Assembly: GCA_040081625.1 (NCBI GenBank)
Contig: JBEBGD010000006.1
Coordinates: 32,001 to 96,000 of the forward strand
DNA: 64,000 bases
From: Chthoniobacteraceae bacterium
Lineage (GTDB): Bacteria > Verrucomicrobiota > Verrucomicrobiia > Chthoniobacterales > Chthoniobacteraceae
Reading direction: 5' to 3'
Shown here: positions 1-8,917 of the stretch, one piece after another
How the letters are laid out: each line of letters starts with the position of its first letter
Position numbering within the stretch: position 1 is the first letter of the stretch
The notes under the pieces: generated by a model
Seen by the model: only the letters and a program-made list of their open reading frames with translations
What the model was told of the DNA's origin: nothing
Database searches by the model: none
Translations under genes and position numbers: made by a program

Positions 1-2
1 GC

Positions 3-839
3 GGGCGCGAGAGCATCGCCTCGAACATCGCCATCGCGAACGCGCTCCGCCTCGGCTGCGCGGACGCGGGGCTGCCGGGCGACGCGATCCTGCTCATCCC
101 CGTGACCGATCGCGAAGCGGTGAAGGTGATGTGCGAGATGGATCAGTTCATGGACTGCATCGTGCCGCGCGGCGGGAAGGGCCTGATCGAGACGGTGGTG
201 CAGCACGCGCGGATGCCGGTGATCAAGCACTACGACGGCATTTGCATCCTCACCGTGGACAAGGACGCCGACCTCGCGATGGCGGAGAGCATCGTGGTGA
301 ATGCGAAGTGCCAGCGCCCCGGCGTGTGCAACGCGGTCGAGACCGTGCTCGTGCATCGCGACATCGCGGAGAAGTTCTTCGCGACGACGGGAAAGACGCT
401 GATCGAGAAGGGCGTGCAACTTCGCGCGGACGAGCGCGCGCTTGAAACGCTCAACGTCCAACGTTCAACGTCCAACGCTCAACTTCTCGTCGCGGCGCAG
501 CCGTCCGACTGGCGCACGGAATTCCTCGACCTGATCCTCGCGGTGAAGGTCGTCGATTCCATCGATGAAGCGATCGAGCACACCGAGTCGAACGGCTCGC
601 ACCACAGCGACGGCATCATCACCGACAACGCGGACACCGCCGAGCGCTACCTCGCCGAGGTGGACAGCGCGACGGTCTATTGGAACGCGAGCACGCGCTT
701 CACCGACGGCGGCGAGTTCGGCTTCGGCGCGGAGATCGGCATCAGCACCGACAAGCTGCACGCGCGCGGCCCCATGGCGCTCGAGGAACTGACCACTTAC
801 AAATACGTGCTGCGCGGCACCGGGCAGATTCGCGGCTGA
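3..839 (+). CDS. proA: Gamma-glutamyl phosphate reductase (5'-truncated by window edge)
   Basis: Frame is open from base 3 (GRESIASN...). Motifs NAKCQRPGVCNAVET, SHHSDGIIT, NASTRFTDGGEFGFGAEIGISTDKLHARGPM are typical of ProA. Confidence 0.95.
   Translation, partial: GRESIASNIAIANALRLGCADAGLPGDAILLIPVTDREAVKVMCEMDQFMDCIVPRGGKGLIETVVQHARMPVIKHYDGICILTVDKDADLAMAESIVVNAKCQRPGVCNAVETVLVHRDIAEKFFATTGKTLIEKGVQLRADERALETLNVQRSTSNAQLLVAAQPSDWRTEFLDLILAVKVVDSIDEAIEHTESNGSHHSDGIITDNADTAERYLAEVDSATVYWNASTRFTDGGEFGFGAEIGISTDKLHARGPMALEELTTYKYVLRGTGQIRG
446..487 (+). repeat. In-frame heptamer tandem repeat (consensus AACGYYC, 6 units) inside proA
   Basis: aacgctc aacgtcc aacgttc aacgtcc aacgctc aacttct = 42 bp, frame-preserving, encoding ...TLNVQRSTSNAQLL... 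Confidence 0.85.
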
Positions 840-887
840 CGCCCGGCTGACTTGGTGTCGCATCTGCTCCCCCGTCCGCCCAGAACG

Positions 888-3617
888 ATGACCGAGGACA
901 CGCCCCATCACCCAGCCGAGCCGCATCTCGTCGATGAGTTCACGCTGCTGCGTGTCGTCGTGGATGCGGTTTCCGACCCGATCTTCTGCAAGGATCGGGC
1001 CGGTCGCTATCTGCTGAGCAATCGCGCCCACGCGGTGCGCATGCGGCTTCCGCAATCGGAGTGCCTCGGGAAGACCGTCTTCGAGATCCCGCAACTCGCG
1101 GAGTATGCGGCGCTATACGATGCCGCCGACCGCGCGCTTTTCGAGAGCGGCGAGCCGAGCCTCAATCGCGAGGAACCCTTCACGCGCGCCGACGGATCGA
1201 AAGGCTGCTGCCTTACCTCGAAGTTCCCGCTGCGCAACCAGCGCGGCGAAATCGTGGGCCTGGTCGGCGTCTCGCGCGACATCTCCGAGCGGCGGCAGGC
1301 CGAGCGCGTGCTCGACGAGGAGCGCCGCCTGCTGCGCACCGTCATCGACGCCGTCGCCGACCCGATCTTTTTCAAGGACCAGGCGGGTTGCTTCGTGCTG
1401 GTCAATGACGCCTACCAGCGACTCTTCGAGTTGGGGACCGACGCCGTCCTCGGTCGCTCCGATCTCGAGATCGAGCGGATGCACGGCTACGCCGAGCGCT
1501 ATGCCGCGGACGATCGCCACGTGCTCGACAGCGGGCTCCCGCTGATCAATCGCGAGGAGCCCTATCCAATGGCGGACGGCAGATCCGGATGGTTCCTCAC
1601 GTCGAAGTTCCCGCTGCGCGACGGGGAGGGCCGCGTGATCGGCCTCGTCGGCATCGCCCGCGACATCACGGAGATGCGGCGCGCCACCGATGAGTTGGCG
1701 CGGACCCGGGAGAAGCTATTCGATCACGTCGAAAATTCGCCGCTCGCCGTCGTCGAATGGTCGCCGGACTTCCGGATCGAGCGATGGGGAGGCCAGGCGG
1801 AGGCGATGTTCGGGTGGACCGCAGCCGAGGTTATCGGCAGGCATTTTGGCGACTGGGCGTTCGTCGTCCCGGACGATCTCCCGGCGGTGATGGAAATCGG
1901 GGGGCGACTCATGGACGGCAGCGACCGGCGCAACGTCTCCCGCAATCGCAACCTGACCACGGACGGACGGGTGCTGCATTGCGTCTGGCACAACTCGGGG
2001 CTTCACGACGCCGACGGGCGGCTCGTCTCGGTGCTCTCGCTGGTCGAGGATGTGACCGACCGCGTCCGCGCCGAGCAGGCCGCGCGCGAGAGTCAGCAGC
2101 TTTATCATACGCTCGTTGAGGCGACCGACACCGGCTACGTCGTCATCGATGGCGCGGGCTGCGTGATCGAGGGCAATGCCGAATACGTGCGCCAGACCGG
2201 CCACCGCTCCATCGAGGAGATTCGCGGACGCCGTGTCGATGAGTGGACGGCTCCGCACGATCTCGAGCGCAATGCCAGGGAGGTCGAGAAATGCGTGCGA
2301 ACGGGGTCCACGCACAATCTCGAGATCGACTACCGCTGGCCCGATGGGCGAATACTTCCCATTGAGGTCAGTGCGCGAGTCATCGACGACAGTGCCGGCC
2401 GGCGCATCATCGCGCTGTGCCGCGACATCTCCGCGCGCCGCACCGCGGAGGACGAGCGCCAGCAGATCGAGCGCAAGCTCCAGGAGGCGCAGAAGCTCGA
2501 GAGCCTCGGCGTGCTCGCCGGCGGAATCGCGCACGACTTCAACAACCTGCTCACCGGCATCCTCGGCAATGCGTCGCTCGCCGCGATGGACCTGCCGCCG
2601 GATTCGCCCGTGCTGGGCTTCGTCGAGCAGATCGAGACCGCATCGACCCGCGCCGCAGAGCTCTGCCAGCAGATGCTCGCCTACTCGGGGCGGGGTCGGT
2701 TCGTCATCCGCGACCTCGATCTCAACAAGGTGATCGCCGAGACGACGGAGCTGCTGCGCGTGTCGATCAGCAAGCGCGCACACCTCACGCTCGACCTCGC
2801 CCGAGGGCTCGCGGCGGTGAAGGCCGACGGCACGCAGATCCGGCAGGTCGTCATGAACCTCGTCATCAACGCCTCCGAGGCGATCGGCGAATCGGGCGGC
2901 GACATCCGCGTGCGCACCGGTCTGCTGCACACGGATCGCGCGACCTTTGAAGGCGCGCATCTCGCGCCCGAGATTGCCGCGGGCAATTACGTGTTCCTTG
3001 AGGTCTGCGACGATGGCTGCGGCATGCCCGATGAAGTGCGGCAGCGGATCTTCGATCCCTTTTTCACCACGAAGTTCACGGGTCGCGGGCTCGGGTTGGC
3101 GGCGGTGCTCGGCATCGTGCGCGGCCACGGCGGCGCCCTGCAAGTCGAGACGGAGCCGGGTCGCGGCACGACCTTTCGCGTGCTGCTGCCCGCCTCGCAA
3201 GGCATGGCCGAAATCGAAGCGCGCTCGCCCGCGAGCCCGTCCGAGTGGCGCGGAAGCGGCACGGTGCTGGTGATCGACGACGAGCCGACGGTGAGCCGGG
3301 CTGCCGGCCAGATCCTGCGCTCGCTCGGCTTTGAGGTGCGACTCGCGAGCGATGGCGTCGAGGGGTTGGAGATTTTCCGCGCCGACCCGCAGGGCTTTGC
3401 GCTCGTGCTTCTCGACCTCACCATGCCGCGGATGGGCGGCGAGGAGGTGTGCAAGGCGCTGCACGAGTTGCGTCCGGAGCTGCCCGTGATCCTCGTGAGC
3501 GGATTCAACGAAGTGGAGGTCGCCACGCGTTTCGGCGAGGGCGGGCCGGCGGCGTTCATCCAGAAACCGTTCGGGATCGCGACACTGCGCGAAAGTTTGC
3601 GCGCGGTGCTCGGTTGA
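888..3617 (+). CDS. Multi-PAS/PAC hybrid sensor histidine kinase with C-terminal receiver domain
   Basis: Four PAS/PAC repeats; H-box LAGGIAHDFNNLL; N-box NLVINA; G-boxes DDGCGM, FFTTK, GRGLGL; receiver VLVIDDE...LLDLTMP...KPF. ATG 888 preferred over TTG 852. Confidence 0.93.
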   Translation: MTEDTPHHPAEPHLVDEFTLLRVVVDAVSDPIFCKDRAGRYLLSNRAHAVRMRLPQSECLGKTVFEIPQLAEYAALYDAADRALFESGEPSLNREEPFTRADGSKGCCLTSKFPLRNQRGEIVGLVGVSRDISERRQAERVLDEERRLLRTVIDAVADPIFFKDQAGCFVLVNDAYQRLFELGTDAVLGRSDLEIERMHGYAERYAADDRHVLDSGLPLINREEPYPMADGRSGWFLTSKFPLRDGEGRVIGLVGIARDITEMRRATDELARTREKLFDHVENSPLAVVEWSPDFRIERWGGQAEAMFGWTAAEVIGRHFGDWAFVVPDDLPAVMEIGGRLMDGSDRRNVSRNRNLTTDGRVLHCVWHNSGLHDADGRLVSVLSLVEDVTDRVRAEQAARESQQLYHTLVEATDTGYVVIDGAGCVIEGNAEYVRQTGHRSIEEIRGRRVDEWTAPHDLERNAREVEKCVRTGSTHNLEIDYRWPDGRILPIEVSARVIDDSAGRRIIALCRDISARRTAEDERQQIERKLQEAQKLESLGVLAGGIAHDFNNLLTGILGNASLAAMDLPPDSPVLGFVEQIETASTRAAELCQQMLAYSGRGRFVIRDLDLNKVIAETTELLRVSISKRAHLTLDLARGLAAVKADGTQIRQVVMNLVINASEAIGESGGDIRVRTGLLHTDRATFEGAHLAPEIAAGNYVFLEVCDDGCGMPDEVRQRIFDPFFTTKFTGRGLGLAAVLGIVRGHGGALQVETEPGRGTTFRVLLPASQGMAEIEARSPASPSEWRGSGTVLVIDDEPTVSRAAGQILRSLGFEVRLASDGVEGLEIFRADPQGFALVLLDLTMPRMGGEEVCKALHELRPELPVILVSGFNEVEVATRFGEGGPAAFIQKPFGIATLRESLRAVLG

Positions 3618-3657
3618 GGCTGGCGCGCCGCACCGCTTTGCGGCAGCGTGCGCGCCC

Positions 3658-4764
3658 ATGAAGTTCATCGCCGCCCTCCTCGCCCTCTCCACCGTCGTGC
3701 TCGCGGAACCGATTTCCTTTTACATCGGGAGCACCGGCAAAGCGCCCGAAACCCAAGGCATCTACCGCTTCACGCTCAACATCGAGACCGGCGCTCTCTC
3801 CGCGCCGGTGATGGCCGCCGATGCGAAGCGCGCGAGTTTTCTCGCGGTGCATCCGGGCGGCGAATTCCTCTACACGACCGCCGAGGGTTCGCCCGGCGCG
3901 GTCGCCGCTTACGCGATCGGCGAAGACGGCTCGCTCAAGCTGCTCAACCAGCAATCCACCGGCGGCGCGGGACCGACGCACGTGTGGGTCGATGGCGGCG
4001 GGGCGAATCTGCTCGTGGCCAACTACGGCGGCGGCAGCGTCGCCTGCCTGCCGATCAAGGAGGACGGCTCACTCGGCGCATCGACGGCATTCGTGCAGCA
4101 CACCGGCTCGAGCGTGAATCCGCAGCGGCAGAAGGAGCCGCACGCGCACGGCATCTACTCGGATGCGGAGGACAAGTTCGTCTATGTGCCCGACCTCGGG
4201 ATCGACAAGGTGCTCATCTACAAGTTCGACCCGGCGAAAGGAACGCTCGTGCCGAACGATCCGCCCGCCGCGATCATCGCGCCCGGCGGCGGCCCGCGGC
4301 ACTTCGCGCTGAACCCGACCGGCGGCTTCGCCTACGTGAACAACGAACTCAACAGCACGATCGACGTCTTCAAGCACGACGCGGAAACCGGCGCGCTCGA
4401 GCCGCTGCAAACCATCCCGACGTTGCCGCCGGATTTCTCCGGCCAGAACTCGACGGCGGAAATCTTCGTCCATCCGAATGGCCGCTTCGTCTATTGCTCG
4501 AACCGCGGCCACGACTCGATCGCCGTCTTCGCGGTATCGGAAGGCACGGGCCGACTGCGGCCGATCGACCACACGCCGACGGGCGGGAAGACGCCGCGCA
4601 ATTTCAGCATCGACCCGACCGGCAAATGGCTCATCGCCGCCAACCAGGCGAGTGACGACATCTTCGTCTTCCGCCTCGATCCGGCGACCGGCAAACTGAC
4701 CGCGACCGGCCAGTCCGCGAAGCTGCCCGGGCCGATGAGCGTGCTCTTCCTGCCGCGCAAGTAG
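3658..4764 (+). CDS. Secreted lactonase (6-phosphogluconolactonase / cycloisomerase-2 beta-propeller family)
   Basis: Signal peptide; ANYGGGSV, PHAH, GPRH, SNRGHDSI, PRNF motifs. Confidence 0.9.
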   Translation: MKFIAALLALSTVVLAEPISFYIGSTGKAPETQGIYRFTLNIETGALSAPVMAADAKRASFLAVHPGGEFLYTTAEGSPGAVAAYAIGEDGSLKLLNQQSTGGAGPTHVWVDGGGANLLVANYGGGSVACLPIKEDGSLGASTAFVQHTGSSVNPQRQKEPHAHGIYSDAEDKFVYVPDLGIDKVLIYKFDPAKGTLVPNDPPAAIIAPGGGPRHFALNPTGGFAYVNNELNSTIDVFKHDAETGALEPLQTIPTLPPDFSGQNSTAEIFVHPNGRFVYCSNRGHDSIAVFAVSEGTGRLRPIDHTPTGGKTPRNFSIDPTGKWLIAANQASDDIFVFRLDPATGKLTATGQSAKLPGPMSVLFLPRK

Positions 4765-4769
4765 CCGCG

Positions 4770-5450
4770 TTACCCGCGCATCCGCGCGAGCAGCTTCAGA
4801 AAGCGGAGCGTGTCGTGGACCGGGCGGATCTTGCTCACCTCGTCGCCATAGACCGTGCTCACCGGCGCGGCGCCGATCCGCACGCCGCGGCGTGCGGCGA
4901 GCACGAGCATCTCCGACTCGAAATCGAACCCGGTCGTGGGCACCTCGATGAACGCTTCGGCCAGTTCGCGCGAGAACATGCGGAAGCCGCACTGCGTGTC
5001 CGGGATTGTCTGCCCGGCGACGCGGCTGATGAGCCACGACATCGAGAGGTTCGTCAGCTTTCGCACGAGCGGCATCGTGCGCGTGTCGCCCATGCGATTG
5101 CCCACGATCAGTTCCGCGCCCGTCTCATTCGCCGCGGCGATGAAGTGCGGAATCTCCTCGGGTGGATGCTGCCCGTCGCCATCGAGGATCACGATCCACG
5201 GCACACCCGACGACGCGAGCTCGCGCAGCCCCGTCTTGATGGCCGCGCCCTTTCCCGCGTTGCGCTCGTGTTTCACCACAGTGACGCCCGCGGCGCGCGC
5301 TTCGTCGCTCGTGCGATCGGTCGAGCCATCATCGACGACGAGCACCGTATCGAGCTGCGCCCGCGCGCGCGTGGCCACGTCGCGGATGTGTTTCTCCTCG
5401 AAGTAGCAGGGGATGAGTGCGGCGACATTGGCGCGATCGGCGGCGGGCAT
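4770..5450 (-). CDS. Glycosyltransferase family 2 (DPM1-like)
   Basis: VVDDGSTD, NAGKGAA, LDGDGQH, DTQCGFR motifs. Confidence 0.9.
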   Translation of the reverse strand: MPAADRANVAALIPCYFEEKHIRDVATRARAQLDTVLVVDDGSTDRTSDEARAAGVTVVKHERNAGKGAAIKTGLRELASSGVPWIVILDGDGQHPPEEIPHFIAAANETGAELIVGNRMGDTRTMPLVRKLTNLSMSWLISRVAGQTIPDTQCGFRMFSRELAEAFIEVPTTGFDFESEMLVLAARRGVRIGAAPVSTVYGDEVSKIRPVHDTLRFLKLLARMRG

Positions 5451-5523
5451 GGCGCACCCGCATAGCGGAAAACTTTCCCCGCGACAAATGCGCCGCGTGG
5501 GGAATACTCGGCGCCTGACACCG

Positions 5524-5596
5524 GGGGGCTTAGCTCAGTTGGTAGAGCGGCAGCTTTGCAAGCTGTAGGTCAGGGGTTCGAATCCCCTAGCCTCCA
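5524..5596 (+). tRNA. tRNA-Ala(TGC), CCA not encoded
   Basis: Cloverleaf: acceptor GGGGGCT/AGCCTCC with G3:U70, D-arm GCTC/GAGC, anticodon arm GCAGC-TT-TGC-AA-GCTGT, T-arm AGGGG-TTCGAAT-CCCCT, discriminator A followed by CTT. Confidence 0.97.
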
Positions 5597-5607
5597 CTTT
5601 GCGCGGG

Positions 5608-5635
5608 TCGAAATTCGAGCTTCGGATTTCGAGCT
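5608..5635 (+). repeat. Heptamer tandem repeat (TCGnnnT, 4 units) downstream of tRNA-Ala
   Basis: tcgaaat tcgagct tcggatt tcgagct. Confidence 0.6.
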
Positions 5636-5655
5636 TCCCGGATTTACTCCGGGCC

Positions 5656-6648
5656 ATGCACCGCCGCTCCCTGCTCCTCGCGTTCGCCTCCCTCGCCGTC
5701 ACGCTCGTCGCGGCGGAGCCGAAGAAAGTCATCGTCTGCACCGTCACCACCGGCTTCCGGCACAGCTCGATCTCCGAGGCCGAGAAGACGCTGCAAATGC
5801 TCGCCGACACGTCAAAGGCGTTCACCGTCGTCGAGTGGGTGCGGCAGCCGGCGATCGAGGTGCCGCGCGAGCCGCGCAAGCCGCGCGATCCCGCGCCGAA
5901 TGCCGATGCGAAGGCGAAGGAGCGCCACGCGAAAGAGACGGAAAAATATACCGCCGAGAAGGCGAGATGGGATGCGGAGATCAAGCCGAAGGCGCAGGCG
6001 GCGCAGAAGGAATTCGACGCGGCGGTGCGCAAGGAACTCGAGAAGCTCTCGCCGGCGAATCTCGCGAAGGTCGATGGCGTGATCTTCGCGAACACGACGG
6101 GCGATTTGCCGCTGCCGGACAATGACGGCTTCGTCGCGTGGGTGAAGGCGGGCGGCGCGTTCATGGGGATGCACTCGGCGGGCGACACCTTCCACAAATT
6201 CCCCGGCTACCTCGGGATGATCCAGGCGGAGTTCAAGACGCACGGCCCGCAGGTGCCCGCGGATCTCGTGGTGGCCGATCGCGCGCACCCGGCCACCGCC
6301 GGTCTGCCGAACCCGTGGGATCTCGTGCAGGAGGAGATGTATGAGTTCAAGGACGGCAGCCACGACGTGGCGAAAGTGCGCTCGCTGCTTTACCTCAAGC
6401 ATCATCCCGTGCAGCGCGAGGTCGCCGGCCATTTCCCGGTCGCGTGGAATCGTATGCACGGAAAGGGCCGCGTCTTTTACACGAGCCTCGGGCATCGCGA
6501 AGATCTGTGGAGCGCCGATCCGAATCTCAAGGACCGCAAGAACCCGGTCGAGACCGCGGTGAAGTATCAGCAGCACATCCTCGGCGGGATCAAGTGGGCG
6601 CTCGGCCTCGCGGAAGGCAGCGCCGAGCCGCAGAAGACGCTGCCGTAG
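5656..6648 (+). CDS. Secreted ThuA-like (class I glutamine amidotransferase-like fold) protein
   Basis: Signal peptide from ATG 5656; TTGFRHSSI, FANTTGDLP, GMHSAGDT, EEMYEF, GKGRVFYTSLGH. Confidence 0.88.
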   Translation: MHRRSLLLAFASLAVTLVAAEPKKVIVCTVTTGFRHSSISEAEKTLQMLADTSKAFTVVEWVRQPAIEVPREPRKPRDPAPNADAKAKERHAKETEKYTAEKARWDAEIKPKAQAAQKEFDAAVRKELEKLSPANLAKVDGVIFANTTGDLPLPDNDGFVAWVKAGGAFMGMHSAGDTFHKFPGYLGMIQAEFKTHGPQVPADLVVADRAHPATAGLPNPWDLVQEEMYEFKDGSHDVAKVRSLLYLKHHPVQREVAGHFPVAWNRMHGKGRVFYTSLGHREDLWSADPNLKDRKNPVETAVKYQQHILGGIKWALGLAEGSAEPQKTLP

Positions 6649-6649
6649 C

Positions 6650-7963
6650 TCAGCGCAGAAATTCCTCGCGCACGAAAGCGAGCGCGGCGTCGCGGTCGGC
6701 GAGCGTGCCTTCGAGCTGGCGGCTCTGCACGGCTTCGAGGATTTCCTTGAACCGAGGGCCGGGCGCGAGCCCGAGCGCGATGAGATCCTCGCCGGTGATG
6801 AGCGGCGGCGGGATCAGCGGCTCGTTCGCGAACTCCTCGCGGCGGGTCTTGAGGAAGGTGTAGTTGTCGAGCATGCCGTGGCTGCTCTGGCAATCGACGC
6901 GGTGCAGTTCGAGTTCGTCCTCGAAGCCGGGCCGCGCCATGAAGCGCTTGAGCTTCGCCACGCGCATCTGCTGCACGTCCTTGAAGGCCATGTGCTCGGA
7001 CACGGCCTCGACCGTGGCGTCGATCTCCGCGCGCGAAAATCGCAGCCGGGTCATGATTTCCTCCGCCATGCGCGCGCCGACTTTTTCGTGGCCGTTGAAG
7101 CGGATGCGTCCCGTGGGATCGACGAAGCGCGTGGGCGGCTTGGCGATGTCGTGCAGCAGCACGCCGAAGACGAGCGGCACGCTCAACTCGCATGGCGGCA
7201 GGAGTCCCAGCATCGCGCGGGTGTGGACGAAGACGTCGCCTTCGGGATGGAATTGTTCGGGCTGCGTGCAGCCTTTGAGCGACTCCATCTCGGGGAGGAT
7301 TTCGCGCAGCAGGCCGCTCGCGTCGAGCAGATCGAAGCCGCGCACGCGGTCCGGGTGGACGAGCGTCTTCACCAACTCCTCGCGGATGCGCTCGGCGCTC
7401 ACGTCGTGGATGTGCGCGGCGTTCGCGCACACGGCGCTCCAGGTGGCGGGCTCGATCTCGAAGCCGAGCACCGTCGCGAAGCGCACCGCGCGCAGCATCC
7501 GCAGCCGGTCTTCGCGGAAGCGTGCTTCGGGATCGCCGATCGCCCGCAGCACGCGCGCGGCGAGGTCGTTCTGGCCGCCGATGTAGTCGATCACTTCGTC
7601 CGCGATCGGATCGAAGAACATGCCGTTGACCGTGAAGTCGCGACGCTCGGCATCCTCGCGCGGCGTCGAGAAGACGACGCTTTCCGGGTGGCGTCCGTCG
7701 ATGTAGGCGCGGTCGCTGCGGAAGGTGGCGACTTGGAAATCCTGATCGTCTTCGTGCACGACGATGACGCCGAACTGCGCGCCGACATCGAACGTGCGGC
7801 GGAAGAGTTCCTGCACCTGCGCGGGGCGCGCATCGGTGGCGATGTCGAAATCGTGCGGCTCCTGCCCGCGAAGCCGGTCGCGCACGCAGCCGCCCGCGTA
7901 GAGCGCGACGTGCCCGGCGTCGCGCAGGCGCTGGACGATACGGCGGGCGGATTGTTCGGGCAT
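6650..7963 (-). CDS. CCA tRNA nucleotidyltransferase / poly(A) polymerase family with HD domain
   Basis: AGGCVRD, DFDIAT, RRDFTVNG, EDRLRMLRAVRF, HPEGDVFVHT, LLHDIAK. Start set at MPEQ. Confidence 0.92.
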   Translation of the reverse strand: MPEQSARRIVQRLRDAGHVALYAGGCVRDRLRGQEPHDFDIATDARPAQVQELFRRTFDVGAQFGVIVVHEDDQDFQVATFRSDRAYIDGRHPESVVFSTPREDAERRDFTVNGMFFDPIADEVIDYIGGQNDLAARVLRAIGDPEARFREDRLRMLRAVRFATVLGFEIEPATWSAVCANAAHIHDVSAERIREELVKTLVHPDRVRGFDLLDASGLLREILPEMESLKGCTQPEQFHPEGDVFVHTRAMLGLLPPCELSVPLVFGVLLHDIAKPPTRFVDPTGRIRFNGHEKVGARMAEEIMTRLRFSRAEIDATVEAVSEHMAFKDVQQMRVAKLKRFMARPGFEDELELHRVDCQSSHGMLDNYTFLKTRREEFANEPLIPPPLITGEDLIALGLAPGPRFKEILEAVQSRQLEGTLADRDAALAFVREEFLR

Positions 7964-7991
7964 CACGGGGCTAAGTTGGAGAGCCATTCCC

Positions 7992-8024
7992 AAAAAGCAA
8001 AAGCCCGGCGCGAGGCCGGGCTTT
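7992..8024 (-). terminator. Rho-independent terminator
   Basis: Minus strand AAAGCCCGGC-ctcgc-GCCGGGCTTT followed by tgcttttt, just downstream of 8054..8443. Confidence 0.75.
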
Positions 8025-8053
8025 GCGGGTTGAGTCGTTGGTTGCGGGACGAG

Positions 8054-8443
8054 CTATTTCTTCGGCTCTTCCGGCTTCGCGCCGGGTGCCGGAGCGGCGG
8101 CGGCAGCTGGATCGTTGCTCTGGATCTTCCACTTCTCGACGACGGTCTTCGCGTCCTTGTCGGTCTTGGCGAGTTCGAGCACTTCCTTGAAAAGGTTCGT
8201 CCAGTTTTCCTGAACCTTCGTGGCTTGTTCGAGGACCGGCTTCGCCTGGGCGATCAAGTCGTCGAGCTGCTTTTCCCCGGCCTTGAGTTCGTTCAACCCC
8301 TTGTCGAGGTTGCCGAGCTGCCAGGTGATCGTCTCGCTGGTGCGCGAGGCGGCGCCGACCTGCGAGAAGAGGAAGATCGCGATCGCGAGCGAGAGCAGCG
8401 TGACCGGGATGTGGACCGAGAGGGAGCGGGGTTGGGATTCCAT
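8054..8443 (-). CDS. Hypothetical membrane-anchored coiled-coil protein
   Basis: N-terminal hydrophobic helix, coiled coil, Pro/Ala tail; typical codon usage. Confidence 0.75.
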   Translation of the reverse strand: MESQPRSLSVHIPVTLLSLAIAIFLFSQVGAASRTSETITWQLGNLDKGLNELKAGEKQLDDLIAQAKPVLEQATKVQENWTNLFKEVLELAKTDKDAKTVVEKWKIQSNDPAAAAAPAPGAKPEEPKK

Positions 8444-8454
8444 GGCTTGAAGAA

Positions 8455-8853
8455 TTAGGGTTGGAGTTTCGGCGCTTCGGGAGCCTTCGGCGCGGGCGCC
8501 GGAGCGGGAGTGGCGCCGGCCTTCGCGGCTTCCTCGTTGATGGTAACGCCGTATTTCTCAAGGACCTTCTTGAGCCTGTCGTTCTTGTTGTCGCGGGCGA
8601 GCACGCCGAGGTCGTTGAGCACCTGCGGGCCGACCTGCTGCGAGAGCTGCTGAGCGCTCTGCACCTGCTGCTGATACCCTTGGAAGAGTTGCTGCTTGGT
8701 CTGGAAGGAGCGCTGCACGGAGGCGAGGTTGTCCTGCCCCTTTTGCAGTTCACCGCTCTGGTTTTGGACGGTGCTGTTTTTGAAGTAGAAGACGAGGCTC
8801 AGCAGCAGGCAGAGCCCGCCGGAGACGATGGATAGGAGTGGGGCGGGGTTCAT
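8455..8853 (-). CDS. Hypothetical membrane-anchored coiled-coil protein, probable paralogue of 8054..8443
   Basis: N-terminal TM helix, Gln-rich coiled coil, VLNDLGVLA...KKVLEKY, Pro/Ala tail. Confidence 0.75.
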   Translation of the reverse strand: MNPAPLLSIVSGGLCLLLSLVFYFKNSTVQNQSGELQKGQDNLASVQRSFQTKQQLFQGYQQQVQSAQQLSQQVGPQVLNDLGVLARDNKNDRLKKVLEKYGVTINEEAAKAGATPAPAPAPKAPEAPKLQP

Positions 8854-8917
8854 TGAAAAGGGCGCGAGCTTTGCCGCAGGATCAAACGAGCGTCAAGGGT
8901 CTTGTGTGGATTTGTCT

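Noticed and set aside
1716..3692. 658-aa minus-strand ORF
   Set aside because: Antisense shadow of the hybrid kinase; no motifs; expected in high-GC DNA.
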